Notes: generated by a model not told the origin, from the letters alone. 55,734 bases of DNA from Promethearchaeota archaeon Loki_b31 (GCA_005222975.1 NJBI01000016.1:1-55734), one strand, 5' to 3'. Counted from the stretch's first letter, positions 17,790-28,849 are shown. Made by a program: numbers and translations.

Positions 17790-20330
17790 TTATTGATTGT
17801 TAATTTCAATATCTCGGCGTTGCATTTCTAAAAGACGATAATATTTACCGTTTAAAGCTAATAAACTTTCATGGTCCCCTTGTTCTACGATTCCATGTTT
17901 ATCAGAACCTAGAACGATAATCTGATCTGCATTCTTTATCGTTGATAAGCGGTGTGCGATGATAATGGTGGTACGACCCTTGCGAGCTTTATTTAAAGCA
18001 TCTTGGATCAAAGTCTCGGTGTATGGGTCCACAGAAGAAGTTGCCTCGTCTAAAATCAAGATTTTAGGGTCAGTAATTAGAGCTCGAGCAAAAGCAATTA
18101 ATTGACGTTGTCCTATAGAAATGTTAGACCCATTTTCTTTTAATTTTTTATCGTATTTCTTGTTTAAACTCTCAACAAAATTGTGTAATCCTAAGAATTT
18201 AGAAACTTCAATCATCTTATTTTCGATTTCAGAGGTGGGATTATCAATACCATAGAGTAAATTCTCTTTGATCGTTCCCGTAAAAAGAAAGGCATCCTGA
18301 GGAACAAATCCTATTAATCCTCGTAAGTCCTTTTTGTTTACTTTCCGAATATCGATCCCATCAATAAGTATTTTTCCGCTATTTACATCGTAAAATCGAG
18401 AGAGAAGTTTTACTAAAGTTGTTTTTCCTGCTCCTGTCTCACCAGCAATCGCTAAAGTAGCACCAGGAGGAACCTTGAAGCTTAAGTCTTTTAACACGTA
18501 ACCTTTAGATTGTTGGTGTCTAAGTAAAATCTTTTTTTCTTCTATAGCATCTTTCACTACTTTTGGAATCTTATTTGAGATCTCCGGAGGAATTGATATG
18601 CTGGCAAGAGATTCGAGGATTGCTTGAGGAGACATCTGCATAGCGCCACCACTCATTAGTCCTTGACTGTCTCCTCCCATTCCACCACTAGTTGGTTGTT
18701 TAAAACCTGATTTTGAGCGAAGTATTTTTTCTAAGTTTTTAACCATCATTTCGATCATTTTGGGAGGAATTAATTGCCCCATTGACGATAGATCTTTTGA
18801 AGGTCTGCCTTTCTTTAGATCGCTATCTTTACTTTTAAAGGATGTCCCATATTCAGGATGTTTTTCTGCTAAATCTGTATTTGGAACGGCATAATGGTAT
18901 TCGTCTAAAATTTCGTCAATTATCTTAGGAGCGTCCTCGGGCTTAACTCCCATTAAGCTCATGAACAATTTCTGTCGAATATTTTGAGGCATGTACATGC
19001 TGTTTTTAAGTAAGAAAGAGGAATATGGTTCCGGGAAAGTTTTCATCATTTCTATTGCTTTTTTAATCATTGGATTTTGCAACATGAATTTTCCTGCGTC
19101 AGGTGCTTGAGATCCAGATGTAATTTCGGGTGATTGTTTTCCCTTATTATTATCTAAAACATAGCCAAAACTAACGTTAATAAACTCAATATTTCCTTTA
19201 GGTTCGGAAAATGTTTTCGCACTTATTGGCTCAGGTATTTCTACGCTCTCTTCCAACACAGATAATATTCGATCTGAAGCTGCCAAAGCGCTCCCTATAA
19301 TCTGTTGCATTTGTAATAACATCATAAAAGGGCGGAAAAATTGAGAGAGTAACGAAATAAAGGCAACTAGAACTCCAACCGAAATTGTTATACCAAAAAC
19401 ATTAATTTCTCCAATTGCGATAAAACCTCCAAGTAATAGTATAATCACTGTGAGAACCGTAACTATTAAGGTAAATAGAGGGAAAATTGTAGCCATAATT
19501 CTTCTAATCTTAACCATTATCTTATAATTAGCTGTATTTGCTTGATCAAATTCGGAAGATGCTCTTTCTTCTTGCCCATATGCTTTTACTATCCTAGCTC
19601 CTGCAATATTCTCTTGAATCGAAGTTGTAACTTGACCAATAGTTTCTCTAGCCTTCTTAAAAACACCTATTATAATTTTTTGAATAAATATTGCCATAGC
19701 AAAAAATATAGGAATTATTATCAAGCTGATTAAGGCTAAATAGATGTTGAGCAAGAACATAATTAATATAGTAATACCAATGGATACAATATTGGTTATT
19801 ATCTGTACAAATTGCCCTCCTACTAGTAAGTTTAGTTGAGTAACGTCGTTAGTTGTAATTGAGATTATATCTCCTGATGGACGTTGATCAAAATAATTAA
19901 GAGACATGTCTTGCAATTTAAAAAAGAGATCATTTCTTACTTCGTATGTAACTTTTTGCGATATTTTTCCCATTCCATATTGAGAAATATAAGTCGTGCT
20001 TGCCATGAAGACGAGTAGGCTTAAAAACACTACACTCATGATTATTACGTGATATGGATCCCTTGCTACAATCCCATTATCTATTATAGTCGCAGTAACT
20101 AGTGGACTTATGGTTAAAATCATGGTCCCTAATAAGAGAAATATAGTATACAACACAAATTTCCATTTAAACGATTTTAGATATGAAAGCATCCATTTCA
20201 ACAGAATCTTGCTAGGATGTTCTAAGTCTTGTTTACTTTCTCCAAACGAGCCATGCCGATGAAAACCTAAAGATGGCTGATTGATTTTTTTTTCTTCGCT
20301 TTTATCTTTCTTTTCTTCTGCATTACTCAT
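17790..20330 (-). CDS. ABC exporter (TMD+NBD) with a ~220-aa insert in the NBD
   Basis: Six-TM domain, GETGAGKT, ISIGQRQ, ILDEATS, IAHRL. Confidence 0.93.
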   Translation of the reverse strand: MSNAEEKKDKSEEKKINQPSLGFHRHGSFGESKQDLEHPSKILLKWMLSYLKSFKWKFVLYTIFLLLGTMILTISPLVTATIIDNGIVARDPYHVIIMSVVFLSLLVFMASTTYISQYGMGKISQKVTYEVRNDLFFKLQDMSLNYFDQRPSGDIISITTNDVTQLNLLVGGQFVQIITNIVSIGITILIMFLLNIYLALISLIIIPIFFAMAIFIQKIIIGVFKKARETIGQVTTSIQENIAGARIVKAYGQEERASSEFDQANTANYKIMVKIRRIMATIFPLFTLIVTVLTVIILLLGGFIAIGEINVFGITISVGVLVAFISLLSQFFRPFMMLLQMQQIIGSALAASDRILSVLEESVEIPEPISAKTFSEPKGNIEFINVSFGYVLDNNKGKQSPEITSGSQAPDAGKFMLQNPMIKKAIEMMKTFPEPYSSFLLKNSMYMPQNIRQKLFMSLMGVKPEDAPKIIDEILDEYHYAVPNTDLAEKHPEYGTSFKSKDSDLKKGRPSKDLSSMGQLIPPKMIEMMVKNLEKILRSKSGFKQPTSGGMGGDSQGLMSGGAMQMSPQAILESLASISIPPEISNKIPKVVKDAIEEKKILLRHQQSKGYVLKDLSFKVPPGATLAIAGETGAGKTTLVKLLSRFYDVNSGKILIDGIDIRKVNKKDLRGLIGFVPQDAFLFTGTIKENLLYGIDNPTSEIENKMIEVSKFLGLHNFVESLNKKYDKKLKENGSNISIGQRQLIAFARALITDPKILILDEATSSVDPYTETLIQDALNKARKGRTTIIIAHRLSTIKNADQIIVLGSDKHGIVEQGDHESLLALNGKYYRLLEMQRRDIEINNQ

Positions 20331-22114
20331 GGAAGATCTCCTTTTTTACTATTATTTTGTTTAAAATCTGGTAATGACTTTTGTTTGTAATATAATGTTT
20401 CATAAATTTGTCTATATAACACATTAGTTTTAATTAAATCATCGTGAACACCAAAACCTATTACCCTTCCTTTATCTAAAACTAATATCTTATCAGCATT
20501 ACGAATGGTCGAAATTCGTTGAGTAATAATGAAAGTTGTAGTTCCCTTAGTGATTTTTTCTAATCCTTTTTGAATTTCAAATTCGGTCTCAACATCTACA
20601 GAACTGGTAGAATCGTCAAATATTAGAATTTTTGGCTTTATAATTAACGCACGAGCAATAGAAAGACGTTGTTTTTGACCCCCTGACAGCCTTGTACCAC
20701 GTTCACCTACTATAGTATCGTATTCTTTTGGTAAAGAAATGATAAAATCATGTAAATTGGCAATTTTAGCCGCTTCAATTATTTCTTCCATAGTTGCGTT
20801 TTCTTTGCCATACGAAATATTATCAGCAATGCTCTTATTGAACAAAAATGTTTCTTGAGAGACAATCCCAACATTTTTCCTTAAATCTTGTAGACGATAC
20901 TTTCGGATATCTTCTTGATCAATTTTGATTACCCCATCATTTACTTCATAAAACCGAGGAATTAAATTGATAATTGTAGATTTTCCAGAGCCTGTCGTTC
21001 CGAGGATTGCTAATTTTTTTCCAGAAGCAATATTAAATGACACATTTTTTAAAATCCTATGGTCAGAAATGTAACCAAAAGAAACGTTTTCAAATTCTAC
21101 ATCGCCTTTCAAATGTTCAATCGGGGCTGCGTCTGGTAAATCTTTAACTTCTGGAGTTGATTCTAAAACATCTCTCACGCGAGTTAAAGCCGCATCGGCT
21201 TGAATGTACATCAACATAATTTGTCCTAACATAACTAAAGGGAATCCAAGAGTCGCGATAAACGATTGTAAAGTAATCAAGGTAGCTAACGCCATTACCC
21301 CTTCTATTACCCAAATTCCACCAACTAATAATGTGAATACGGTCATGAAGCCAATAATTATGTATATGCTTGGCATATAGAGTGAATTCAATTTTACTGA
21401 ACGAACGCTAGCTTTATAAAACCGCTCATTGTTTTTAGAAAATTTTTGAAGTTCTTTACCTTGAGTATTAAACATCCTTACTACTTGAGCACCTACTATA
21501 TTTTCTCTAATTGTATTAGTTAATTCCCCAAAACTATTCCGAGTCTCTAAAAATATTGGTTTTAACTTTTTAGCAAGATAATATGATAATAAAAGAGAAC
21601 TTCCAATGGCTATTGATAATAACCAAGATAATTCTATGCTAAAAAGAATGAACCCGATAGTGACCCCTCCTAATTGGAGAATGGATCTAAGTCCTAAAGT
21701 TAGCCCCATACCAAAGATTTGTTCGCTTTCTTCCACATCACTTGTAGCTCGTGAAATTAATTGACCCGTCTCAGTTTTATCAAAATAAGAAAAAGATTGA
21801 CGAGAAATGGCGTTATTGATATCCGTGCGAAGATAATAAACTGCTCTTGAGGAAACTTCAGCGCCTCTTAATCGCGCGGCTCTTTCCAATATAAAGGCTA
21901 GAAAACCAAACATAAGAATTAAGCTAAATGAAATAATTAGCTCACTAGCATTAGAAAGCACTGAAAGATTCGGATCTAAACCACCAATCATTCTTCCTAT
22001 TAATATTGGGACGATTACTAAAAACAGCGTAGACATTAATAAATAGATTATTTCAAGAATGAAATCCTTCTTAGATTTCATCCAATATTTTAAAATCATT
22101 TTAAATGTATTCAT
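20327..22114 (-). CDS. ABC exporter (TMD+NBD), degenerate-site partner of a heterodimer
   Basis: GTTGSGKS, LSGGQ, IFDDSTS and TQR (non-canonical Walker B/H-switch). Confidence 0.94.
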   Translation of the reverse strand: MNTFKMILKYWMKSKKDFILEIIYLLMSTLFLVIVPILIGRMIGGLDPNLSVLSNASELIISFSLILMFGFLAFILERAARLRGAEVSSRAVYYLRTDINNAISRQSFSYFDKTETGQLISRATSDVEESEQIFGMGLTLGLRSILQLGGVTIGFILFSIELSWLLSIAIGSSLLLSYYLAKKLKPIFLETRNSFGELTNTIRENIVGAQVVRMFNTQGKELQKFSKNNERFYKASVRSVKLNSLYMPSIYIIIGFMTVFTLLVGGIWVIEGVMALATLITLQSFIATLGFPLVMLGQIMLMYIQADAALTRVRDVLESTPEVKDLPDAAPIEHLKGDVEFENVSFGYISDHRILKNVSFNIASGKKLAILGTTGSGKSTIINLIPRFYEVNDGVIKIDQEDIRKYRLQDLRKNVGIVSQETFLFNKSIADNISYGKENATMEEIIEAAKIANLHDFIISLPKEYDTIVGERGTRLSGGQKQRLSIARALIIKPKILIFDDSTSSVDVETEFEIQKGLEKITKGTTTFIITQRISTIRNADKILVLDKGRVIGFGVHDDLIKTNVLYRQIYETLYYKQKSLPDFKQNNSKKGDLP

Positions 22115-22698
22115 ACTACTTTTTTCTCCTCCTCTGAGTTTTTATCAATCGCTTTATTTTTTAATTGTGAGATTACTTCCTCAATTTTCTGATATTGTTT
22201 GTTAAATCGGTTAATTTTTTGCGAAAGTTTCAATTTGTGAAACTCTAATAATTTTAATTTCTCCTCGTCGGATTTTTCTTCAAGTTTTTCGAAAAAGAAG
22301 TTAAATGGCCCATATTTTGGAAAAAAATGTCCTGATAATTCCTTATCTGAGCCTATAGTTGCCGCTATTAGTGTTTCTATTGACTCATTAATTATTTGTT
22401 GCTTTTCAACCATTAATTTTAGTGTTTCTTCTCCTTTTTTTGTTACTTCGTAAATTTTCCTAGTTCTTCCTTCTTCTTGTTGCTCTATGTATTTAATTAA
22501 GCCATTTTTAGTCATTTCCTTAAGCACTGTATACATTGTAGATGCGGGAGGGGTCCATATTCCGAGAGTTCGGTTAGTTATATCTTTGCTAATTTTATAA
22601 CCGTATGAAGGGTTCTTCTCGAGAATTAACAATATAAGCGCGCTAATGAAGCCTTTTTTCATTGCTTTTTCAAAATTCTTTGTAATTTCTTCAACCAT
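22111..22698 (-). CDS. PadR-family transcriptional regulator
   Basis: ILLIL..PSYGYKI...STMYTVL...RKIYEVTKKG. Confidence 0.9.
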   Translation of the reverse strand: MVEEITKNFEKAMKKGFISALILLILEKNPSYGYKISKDITNRTLGIWTPPASTMYTVLKEMTKNGLIKYIEQQEEGRTRKIYEVTKKGEETLKLMVEKQQIINESIETLIAATIGSDKELSGHFFPKYGPFNFFFEKLEEKSDEEKLKLLEFHKLKLSQKINRFNKQYQKIEEVISQLKNKAIDKNSEEEKKVV

Positions 22699-22763
22699 CC
22701 TATTAAACCTTCAAAAAAGTTGTTTATAAGAAAATATAAATTATATAATATCTCACTTATGGA

Positions 22764-22786
22764 TATATATCGATTATTGATATATA
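22764..22786. promoter_or_regulatory. Candidate PadR operator
   Basis: TATATATCGA-TTA-TTGATATATA inverted repeat (9/10) between divergent genes. Confidence 0.4.
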
Positions 22787-22857
22787 AATTTTGTTATGAA
22801 ATATTATAAATATCATAATAAACAACATTGTTACTAAATATAATTGGTGTTTGAAGA

Positions 22858-24186
22858 ATGACAGAAGTGTTTATAGTCGATACTAAACAAGGTTTAGAAT
22901 CGGCAGTTAACGAAATGTTTAATAATTTAGAAAAGATTGAACCAATTTTGAAAAGCTCGAAGGAAGTTTATATTAAAGTAAATGGTATAGATTTTCAGAA
23001 ACATAGTTATACATCTCCAGAAGTCTTAAAAGCAGTAATAGAATATCTCAACAATATTGGTGCAGATGTATACGTCATGGAAAACTCTACGCAAGCAAAT
23101 ATGACTCGAATTGTTTTTGCAATTAACGGTTTTAAGGATGTATGCGAGGAGACGGGTGCCAAAATCATATTTTTAGACGAAGAAGATACTAAAACTTTTG
23201 AATTTAAAGGGAAACCTTCCGTGGCAGAAAATTCTAAAGGATACATCTTAAAAACCTTTCGATTACCTAAAACAATTACTAAAATTATGGAAAATAGAGA
23301 TTCTATGACTTATATTAATCTTCCGAAACTTAAAACCCATTCAATGGCAGGAGTGACGCTAGGAATTAAAAATCAATGGGGTTTTCCCCAACACGCAGAC
23401 CGGGGTAAAGACCACAATTATAACTTGCATTCAAAATTAGTAGATGTGTATGAATACATTAAACCAGATATTTGCATAATTGATGCACTTGAAGGCACAA
23501 TCCATGGACATTATCCTCCTACAGTATGGGAAGATAAATTAGTGATTCCCTTTAATATTTTAATTGGCGGGAGAGATACTTTAGCAGTTGATGTCGTTGG
23601 TGCGAGAATTTTTGGTTTAACTTTAGACGATGTGCCTCATTTAAAAATAGCTTTTAAACGAGGTTTAGGAGAAGGTGATTTGAGCAAAATCAAGGTTACG
23701 GGAAAGAATTTAGAAGAATATAAGGAGAAGTACGACACGAATATATTGCAAGAGTTCCCCGAAGATGTAAAAATTATTAAAGGTAAGGAATTATTGTGTC
23801 GGGAAGGCTGCGAAAACAACCCGTTGTCGATGATGCAGGTATTTGCTAATGATCATAAGGACAAATTTAAGGGAGGCTGGTTTATCGTCATGGGTAAAGG
23901 TCACGACGAAAACATTGTGGAACAACTGAAGAAAGAAGGCTATACTAAGGGACTCGTAGCAGGCCATTGTGCGATTGAAGAGGTCGGAGATAAGATTTTA
24001 AAAGAATTTGGGAAACGCAAAGTATTTTTTTCTGGTGATTGCAACAATCTAGCTGAGACTGCAAAAGCGATATTAAAACTATCCAAAATGACTGTTTTTG
24101 ATTTAGTTCCAATTTCAAATGAAGAGTTAATGGCTCTCATCGATGCTGCTAATGAACAAGGTAGTACCGCATTAGTCCCACTGTGA
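22858..24186 (+). CDS. DUF362-family Fe-S protein
   Basis: IKVN, INLPKLKTH, TLGIKNQWG, IIDA, C-terminal Cys motifs. Confidence 0.82.
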   Translation: MTEVFIVDTKQGLESAVNEMFNNLEKIEPILKSSKEVYIKVNGIDFQKHSYTSPEVLKAVIEYLNNIGADVYVMENSTQANMTRIVFAINGFKDVCEETGAKIIFLDEEDTKTFEFKGKPSVAENSKGYILKTFRLPKTITKIMENRDSMTYINLPKLKTHSMAGVTLGIKNQWGFPQHADRGKDHNYNLHSKLVDVYEYIKPDICIIDALEGTIHGHYPPTVWEDKLVIPFNILIGGRDTLAVDVVGARIFGLTLDDVPHLKIAFKRGLGEGDLSKIKVTGKNLEEYKEKYDTNILQEFPEDVKIIKGKELLCREGCENNPLSMMQVFANDHKDKFKGGWFIVMGKGHDENIVEQLKKEGYTKGLVAGHCAIEEVGDKILKEFGKRKVFFSGDCNNLAETAKAILKLSKMTVFDLVPISNEELMALIDAANEQGSTALVPL

Positions 24187-24301
24187 TATAAGGAAATGTA
24201 AAATGAATTGATTCTCACATATCTTAATTAACTCTTATTTTTTTACTTTTTTGTAAAATAAAATAACGCTCTATTAATAATATGGTTCAATAAAATAATT
24301 A

Positions 24302-25054
24302 ATGGATTTGGGATCAAAATATTTTGAAATAAAACAGTTCTTATCGATATCTGATGAGAAATTTAATTTGGATCAGAAAATTGAGAATAATTTTGATTCA
24401 GACAACCTAAAAATAGAAATATTAGGTAAGATTGTCCAGTTTATCTATTATTTCTCGATGTTTAAAAATATTAAACCGTTTATGAATTCCGTTTATAATT
24501 GCATTGAATCTACTTTAGATTTAAGAACCGAATCTGTAAATGATTTTAAAGAACTACTAATAAAAAACGCATTGATGAGATTTATTCAAGATTATATAGA
24601 TTACGCACAATTAACGCAGAAAACGCAAATATTGAGACTTTTTTCAGATTCCTTGGATAAACTTCAAATCCAGCCACTAATAATAAATTTAGGATTGCTT
24701 CTTAAACCAATGTATCAAGATCAAGAATACCTTGATAGAGCTAATAAATTTCAAGAAGTGGAAATCTCTTATTCTCTTAACGACGATATTGAGATTAAAA
24801 TAAAGGACGCAATTGACAAATGGTAAAAAAATCAAATCATAAATTTAGACAACCAAGATAGTTTAAAAACGAACTTGAAAGACAGATACGATACCTTAGC
24901 AACAGAATTCAATATTACAAAGGGGTCAGAATTTTATCAAAAATTATCAACGGAAATTATGGAAATGCTATCAATGAAACTTACAATGATTAGTCTAATG
25001 GATTCGATGTCAGACGAATCATTTGAACCAATTCCAATAAAATCTTCTCTTTAA
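24302..25054 (+). CDS. Hypothetical helical protein with in-frame TAA at 24824-24826
   Basis: The frame continues ~75 codons past the stop (KNQIINLDNQDSLK...EPIPIKSSL*). Confidence 0.6.
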
Positions 25055-25215
25055 TCGAAAATATATTTGTTTTCCTTTTCCTATTCCTTGAGTAATTTCG
25101 AAAATTTGTCATTTCAAGATTTAAAATATTGAAATCTATTAATTCTTGGATAAGTAAATTATTAAATACAAATTTTGATATTATATTTTAAAAAACCCAT
25201 TAATCAATTCCTCAA

Positions 25216-26697
25216 GTGAGAAAATTGGAAGAAAATGAAAAGCCTTTAACACCCGAAGAAATTGAAGCCCAAAAGAAGGTTGTTGAAGATCTATATAAAA
25301 AAGAAAAGGAAGAAAGAGAAATCTACTTAAAGAGTTTCGAGGTAGAACGGAAAGCTGCTTTTGAAGAGAGTAAAGAAATGATTTCTGCCTTGATATCCGA
25401 GAAAAGTTTCATGAGAGAAAAACAAAGAGAACGAGATTTAGAAAGAATGGAACTAAAACTTGACATTGAACAAACTGGTGAAGCTATCGAAAAAGCCATC
25501 GGAGAAAAAGCATTTATGAGAGAAAAACAAAGAGAAGCAGATTTTAAAAGGACAGACCTAAAGCCTGACTTTAGAGGTATTAGTGAAGTAATAAGTAAAA
25601 ACGTCGATGATAAAGCGTTTTTAATTGAAAAGAAAAGGGAAACTGATATCCAACGATTAAAAATAAAACCTGATATGGAAAGCACAAGGGAAGCAATTAG
25701 TAAAAGTATTAATGAAAAAGCTTTTATGATTGAAAAAAAGAAAGAGAGCGATTCGCGTCGGTTAGAATTAAAACCTGATATAGAAAAAACAGGAGAAGCA
25801 ATCTCTCATTCAATAGGTGAAAAAGCTTTTTTACGAGAAAAACAAAGAGAACGAGATTTTGAAAGAATGGAGCTAAAACCAGACTTTATGAAAACGGGAG
25901 AAGCAATAAGTAAAACCGTGGCGGAAAAAGCGTTTAGAAGAGATAAACAACGCGAAATGGATCAGAGAATGTTAAATTTACAACCCAAAATTATTGAAAA
26001 AAGCGAAGCTATTAAGGAGTCTATTGACGAAAAAGCTTTTATGATTGAAAAAAAGAAAGAGAGCGATTCGCGTCGATTAGAAATAAAACCTGATATAGAA
26101 AAAACAGGAGAAACAATCTCTAAATCAATAGGTGAAAAAGCGTTTTTACGAGAAAAACAAAGAGAACGAGATTTTGAAAGAATGGAGCTAAAACCAGACT
26201 TTATGAAAACGGGAGAAGCAATAAGTAAAACCGTGGAGGAAAAAGCGTTTAGGATCGATAAACGGCGCGAAATTTACGATAAACAAAAAGAATTAAAACC
26301 TGATTTTTGGACAACTTCGGAAATAATTAATAAATCGATACAAGAAAAAGCCTTTTTGCGTGAAAAACAACGCGAAGACGATCTCAGAAGGATGGAACTT
26401 AAACCTGATTTGGAAAAAGTAAGTCAAGCTATTAAATCTTCAATTGATGAGAAAGCGTTTAGAATTGAAAAACAAAAAGAAATAGATCAAAGAAGAATAA
26501 ATATTAAACCTAACTTTGAAAAATCTAGCGAAGCAATCGAAAAAATCATTGAAGAAAAAGCATTTGTTAGAGAAAAACAAAGAGAACGAGATTTAGAAAG
26601 AATGGAGCTTAAGCCCGATATAAAAGGTATTAGCTCTAAAATTGAAAGCGAAATTGAAAAAATCGAACAAAAGAAAAAGGATGAAGATCTTACTTAA
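25216..26697 (+). CDS. Charged tandem-repeat protein, 12 x 35 aa
   Basis: Consensus xEKAFxREKQRExDxxRxELKPDxxKTxEAIxKSI; near-identical DNA at a 315-bp offset (25714 vs 26029). Confidence 0.88.
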   Translation: MRKLEENEKPLTPEEIEAQKKVVEDLYKKEKEEREIYLKSFEVERKAAFEESKEMISALISEKSFMREKQRERDLERMELKLDIEQTGEAIEKAIGEKAFMREKQREADFKRTDLKPDFRGISEVISKNVDDKAFLIEKKRETDIQRLKIKPDMESTREAISKSINEKAFMIEKKKESDSRRLELKPDIEKTGEAISHSIGEKAFLREKQRERDFERMELKPDFMKTGEAISKTVAEKAFRRDKQREMDQRMLNLQPKIIEKSEAIKESIDEKAFMIEKKKESDSRRLEIKPDIEKTGETISKSIGEKAFLREKQRERDFERMELKPDFMKTGEAISKTVEEKAFRIDKRREIYDKQKELKPDFWTTSEIINKSIQEKAFLREKQREDDLRRMELKPDLEKVSQAIKSSIDEKAFRIEKQKEIDQRRINIKPNFEKSSEAIEKIIEEKAFVREKQRERDLERMELKPDIKGISSKIESEIEKIEQKKKDEDLT

Positions 26698-26728
26698 AGA
26701 CTAAAATCTTCTAATGAACTATTGGAAG

Positions 26729-27283
26729 TCATAAATGAATATCAAATTTAAATAACGAATTTAAATTCATATTTTCTAACCTTTTTTTATATTTTAAAAT
26801 TGATGGATCAATATTTCCATTAAAATGATTTATGCTATATTCAAATTTATTATAGAAATCCACCATAATTTGATGTAATATTACTCTTTCTACTTGCAAA
26901 TTTGTTTTCTTTGTAATCGCAATAACGGATAATCTACCTTTCCTTTCGTATAATATTCGGGTTTCTTTAAAGTTGATTTCTTGAATTTCGTCATCCATTG
27001 AATCGGGTTTGAGTTCAGCTATAAATTGGTTTAAAGCGTTTAAAAAACCACTAATTAAATCCCCATGAGATAAAAATTTTGTCTTATTTGTATATTTATT
27101 GCTTAATAGTAAAGAACCCGTTAAATTATCTAAAAAATATAAAGCATAAAACCGATTTTCATTTGAATTAAGTTTTTCTAATTTAAATCCATATGTTTTT
27201 TCTATACCTCTATTATTCCAGTTGTACGACATTTTAATAAGACTAATGATCTCAAGAATTTTCCTATTAAAACATAAAGTCAA
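26729..27283 (-). CDS. Longin/roadblock-like hypothetical protein
   Basis: YFLDNLTGSLLL...DLISGFLNALNQF...IQEINF pattern; likely start at MSYNW. Confidence 0.6.
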   Translation of the reverse strand: MTLCFNRKILEIISLIKMSYNWNNRGIEKTYGFKLEKLNSNENRFYALYFLDNLTGSLLLSNKYTNKTKFLSHGDLISGFLNALNQFIAELKPDSMDDEIQEINFKETRILYERKGRLSVIAITKKTNLQVERVILHQIMVDFYNKFEYSINHFNGNIDPSILKYKKRLENMNLNSLFKFDIHL

Positions 27284-27397
27284 TCTTGATTTAAAACATA
27301 AATAATATCTCAGTGTTATGATATTTTCGAGTTTTTAAACGATTAACTTCTTGTTTTAAAAATATCATACGAGTCAAACATCATATTATGAAAATAA

Positions 27398-27949
27398 TTG
27401 GAAAAAAAAATAAAAATTAAAAACAAACATAATTTATTATTAGACATATACTCTTCTTATCACATTTTATTTTTGATGAAAATGGTTGTAAATGACAACG
27501 AGGGAAAGCAGAAAAACAAAATTTCTGTTGGTTTAATTATATCAAAAGATGATTTTAATTCTACTATTTTTCCCGAAGAAGTTAAAAGTGAGATTATTGG
27601 CACCCCCTATTATCTTTTAATTTTTATTTCTCGCGAAGATTCTATCAAAATTAGCTGTTTTCCAACTGAAACGAAAAATATTAAGAAAATCTTAATAAAA
27701 TTAATCGAATTTTCTCCAGATCTAGTTAAAGGGATATCTACAGTGTTAGGCGAGCTTAATTTAAGTCGAGACATCTTACATACCACGGGAATATGCTATG
27801 AGCTTGAAAAGTGTTTCTATGAAACTTATCTACTTGGAGAATCACTAAATGCAGGGGACATTACTAATGAGGTAATAAAGGAAAGCTTTCTGGCAATTGA
27901 TAAAGTTGTTAATGTTGAAATTGAAGATATTTCAATTCATAATGAATAG
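27398..27949 (+). CDS. Hypothetical protein, possible C-terminal ACT-like fold
   Basis: ILHTTGIC...CFYETY...VVNVEIEDI. Confidence 0.55.
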   Translation: MEKKIKIKNKHNLLLDIYSSYHILFLMKMVVNDNEGKQKNKISVGLIISKDDFNSTIFPEEVKSEIIGTPYYLLIFISREDSIKISCFPTETKNIKKILIKLIEFSPDLVKGISTVLGELNLSRDILHTTGICYELEKCFYETYLLGESLNAGDITNEVIKESFLAIDKVVNVEIEDISIHNE

Positions 27950-27961
27950 AATTATTGAAAT

Positions 27962-28168
27962 ATGAATAACAAAAAATTACCCCCGCCTCCAACTCTCCCA
28001 CCAAATTTTACGGTTTCAGAAAAATTTTGTTTGTTACATAAAGGTGAATTGTCAGAGGAAAATTATACTTGCCCTAAATGTAAAACTAAATACTGTTTAA
28101 AGTGTGCAAAAAAAGCCAAAATTGAAGGCAAATCGTGCGTAAAGTGTAAACAATTAATATTAATGTAA
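27962..28168 (+). CDS. Small RING/Zn-finger protein with a Pro-rich N-terminus
   Basis: CLLH, CPKC, CLKC, CVKC. Confidence 0.65.
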   Translation: MNNKKLPPPPTLPPNFTVSEKFCLLHKGELSEENYTCPKCKTKYCLKCAKKAKIEGKSCVKCKQLILM

Positions 28169-28195
28169 TTCTTTTCCTTTAAAAACTCGTTCTCG

Positions 28196-28594
28196 TTATC
28201 TAGTTTTAATTGAACTTAAACTACGCCATGTTTTCCAAAATATTAACCATAAAATTATGAAAATAAAAATTGTAGTAGCAAATGTGTAGCCACCAATAAA
28301 GAGATCAACAAAAATCAAAAATGGAATACCCGCGCTCGCGAACCCGATTAAATAACCGTACCCCCAATATCTATTAATTATGGCTATAATCACCCCAGGA
28401 ATTATTGTCGTAATTATGATTGATAAAAACGCTAGAACTTCTATCGCCCGAGGAGCTTCCAAAATAAAGATCATATTAAACCACGATGCGATAAAACCTA
28501 TAACGGTAAATAATAACGTCCAAATCTCTAACTTTAGGTCAGGCTCCGCCTTTTCTCTCGCTTTATTTATTTCGTTGTTCTTTGTTTCCATCAA
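28196..28594 (-). CDS. Hypothetical four-TM membrane protein
   Basis: Four hydrophobic segments. Confidence 0.7.
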   Translation of the reverse strand: MMETKNNEINKAREKAEPDLKLEIWTLLFTVIGFIASWFNMIFILEAPRAIEVLAFLSIIITTIIPGVIIAIINRYWGYGYLIGFASAGIPFLIFVDLFIGGYTFATTIFIFIILWLIFWKTWRSLSSIKTR

Positions 28595-28849
28595 AAATCT
28601 CTTTGTTTTTTGTTTTATGCTTAAAAAAAGTTAATCTATTTTTTTTGTTGTATGTGATAATTAAACCATATTTAAAAAATTATTAACAAATCAAATTAAT
28701 GAAAACAACATTGTGATTGTTGTAAAATCAACAATTCTTTTAAATATCACTAAATATATTAAATACTTAAGATAAAAATATATATGTTTAAAACATATAA
28801 TAATCGTAGAAGATAAGAATTATTAAACAAAGTAATATAAATTAAAGCT

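Noticed and set aside
18498-19160. Intein in the ABC transporter
   Set aside because: No N-terminal Cys/Ser block, no His-Asn terminus and no LAGLIDADG motifs.
25380-26650. 105-bp DNA periodicity as CRISPR or a non-coding tandem repeat
   Set aside because: It lies within one ORF, keeps frame and varies at synonymous positions, so it is a protein repeat.
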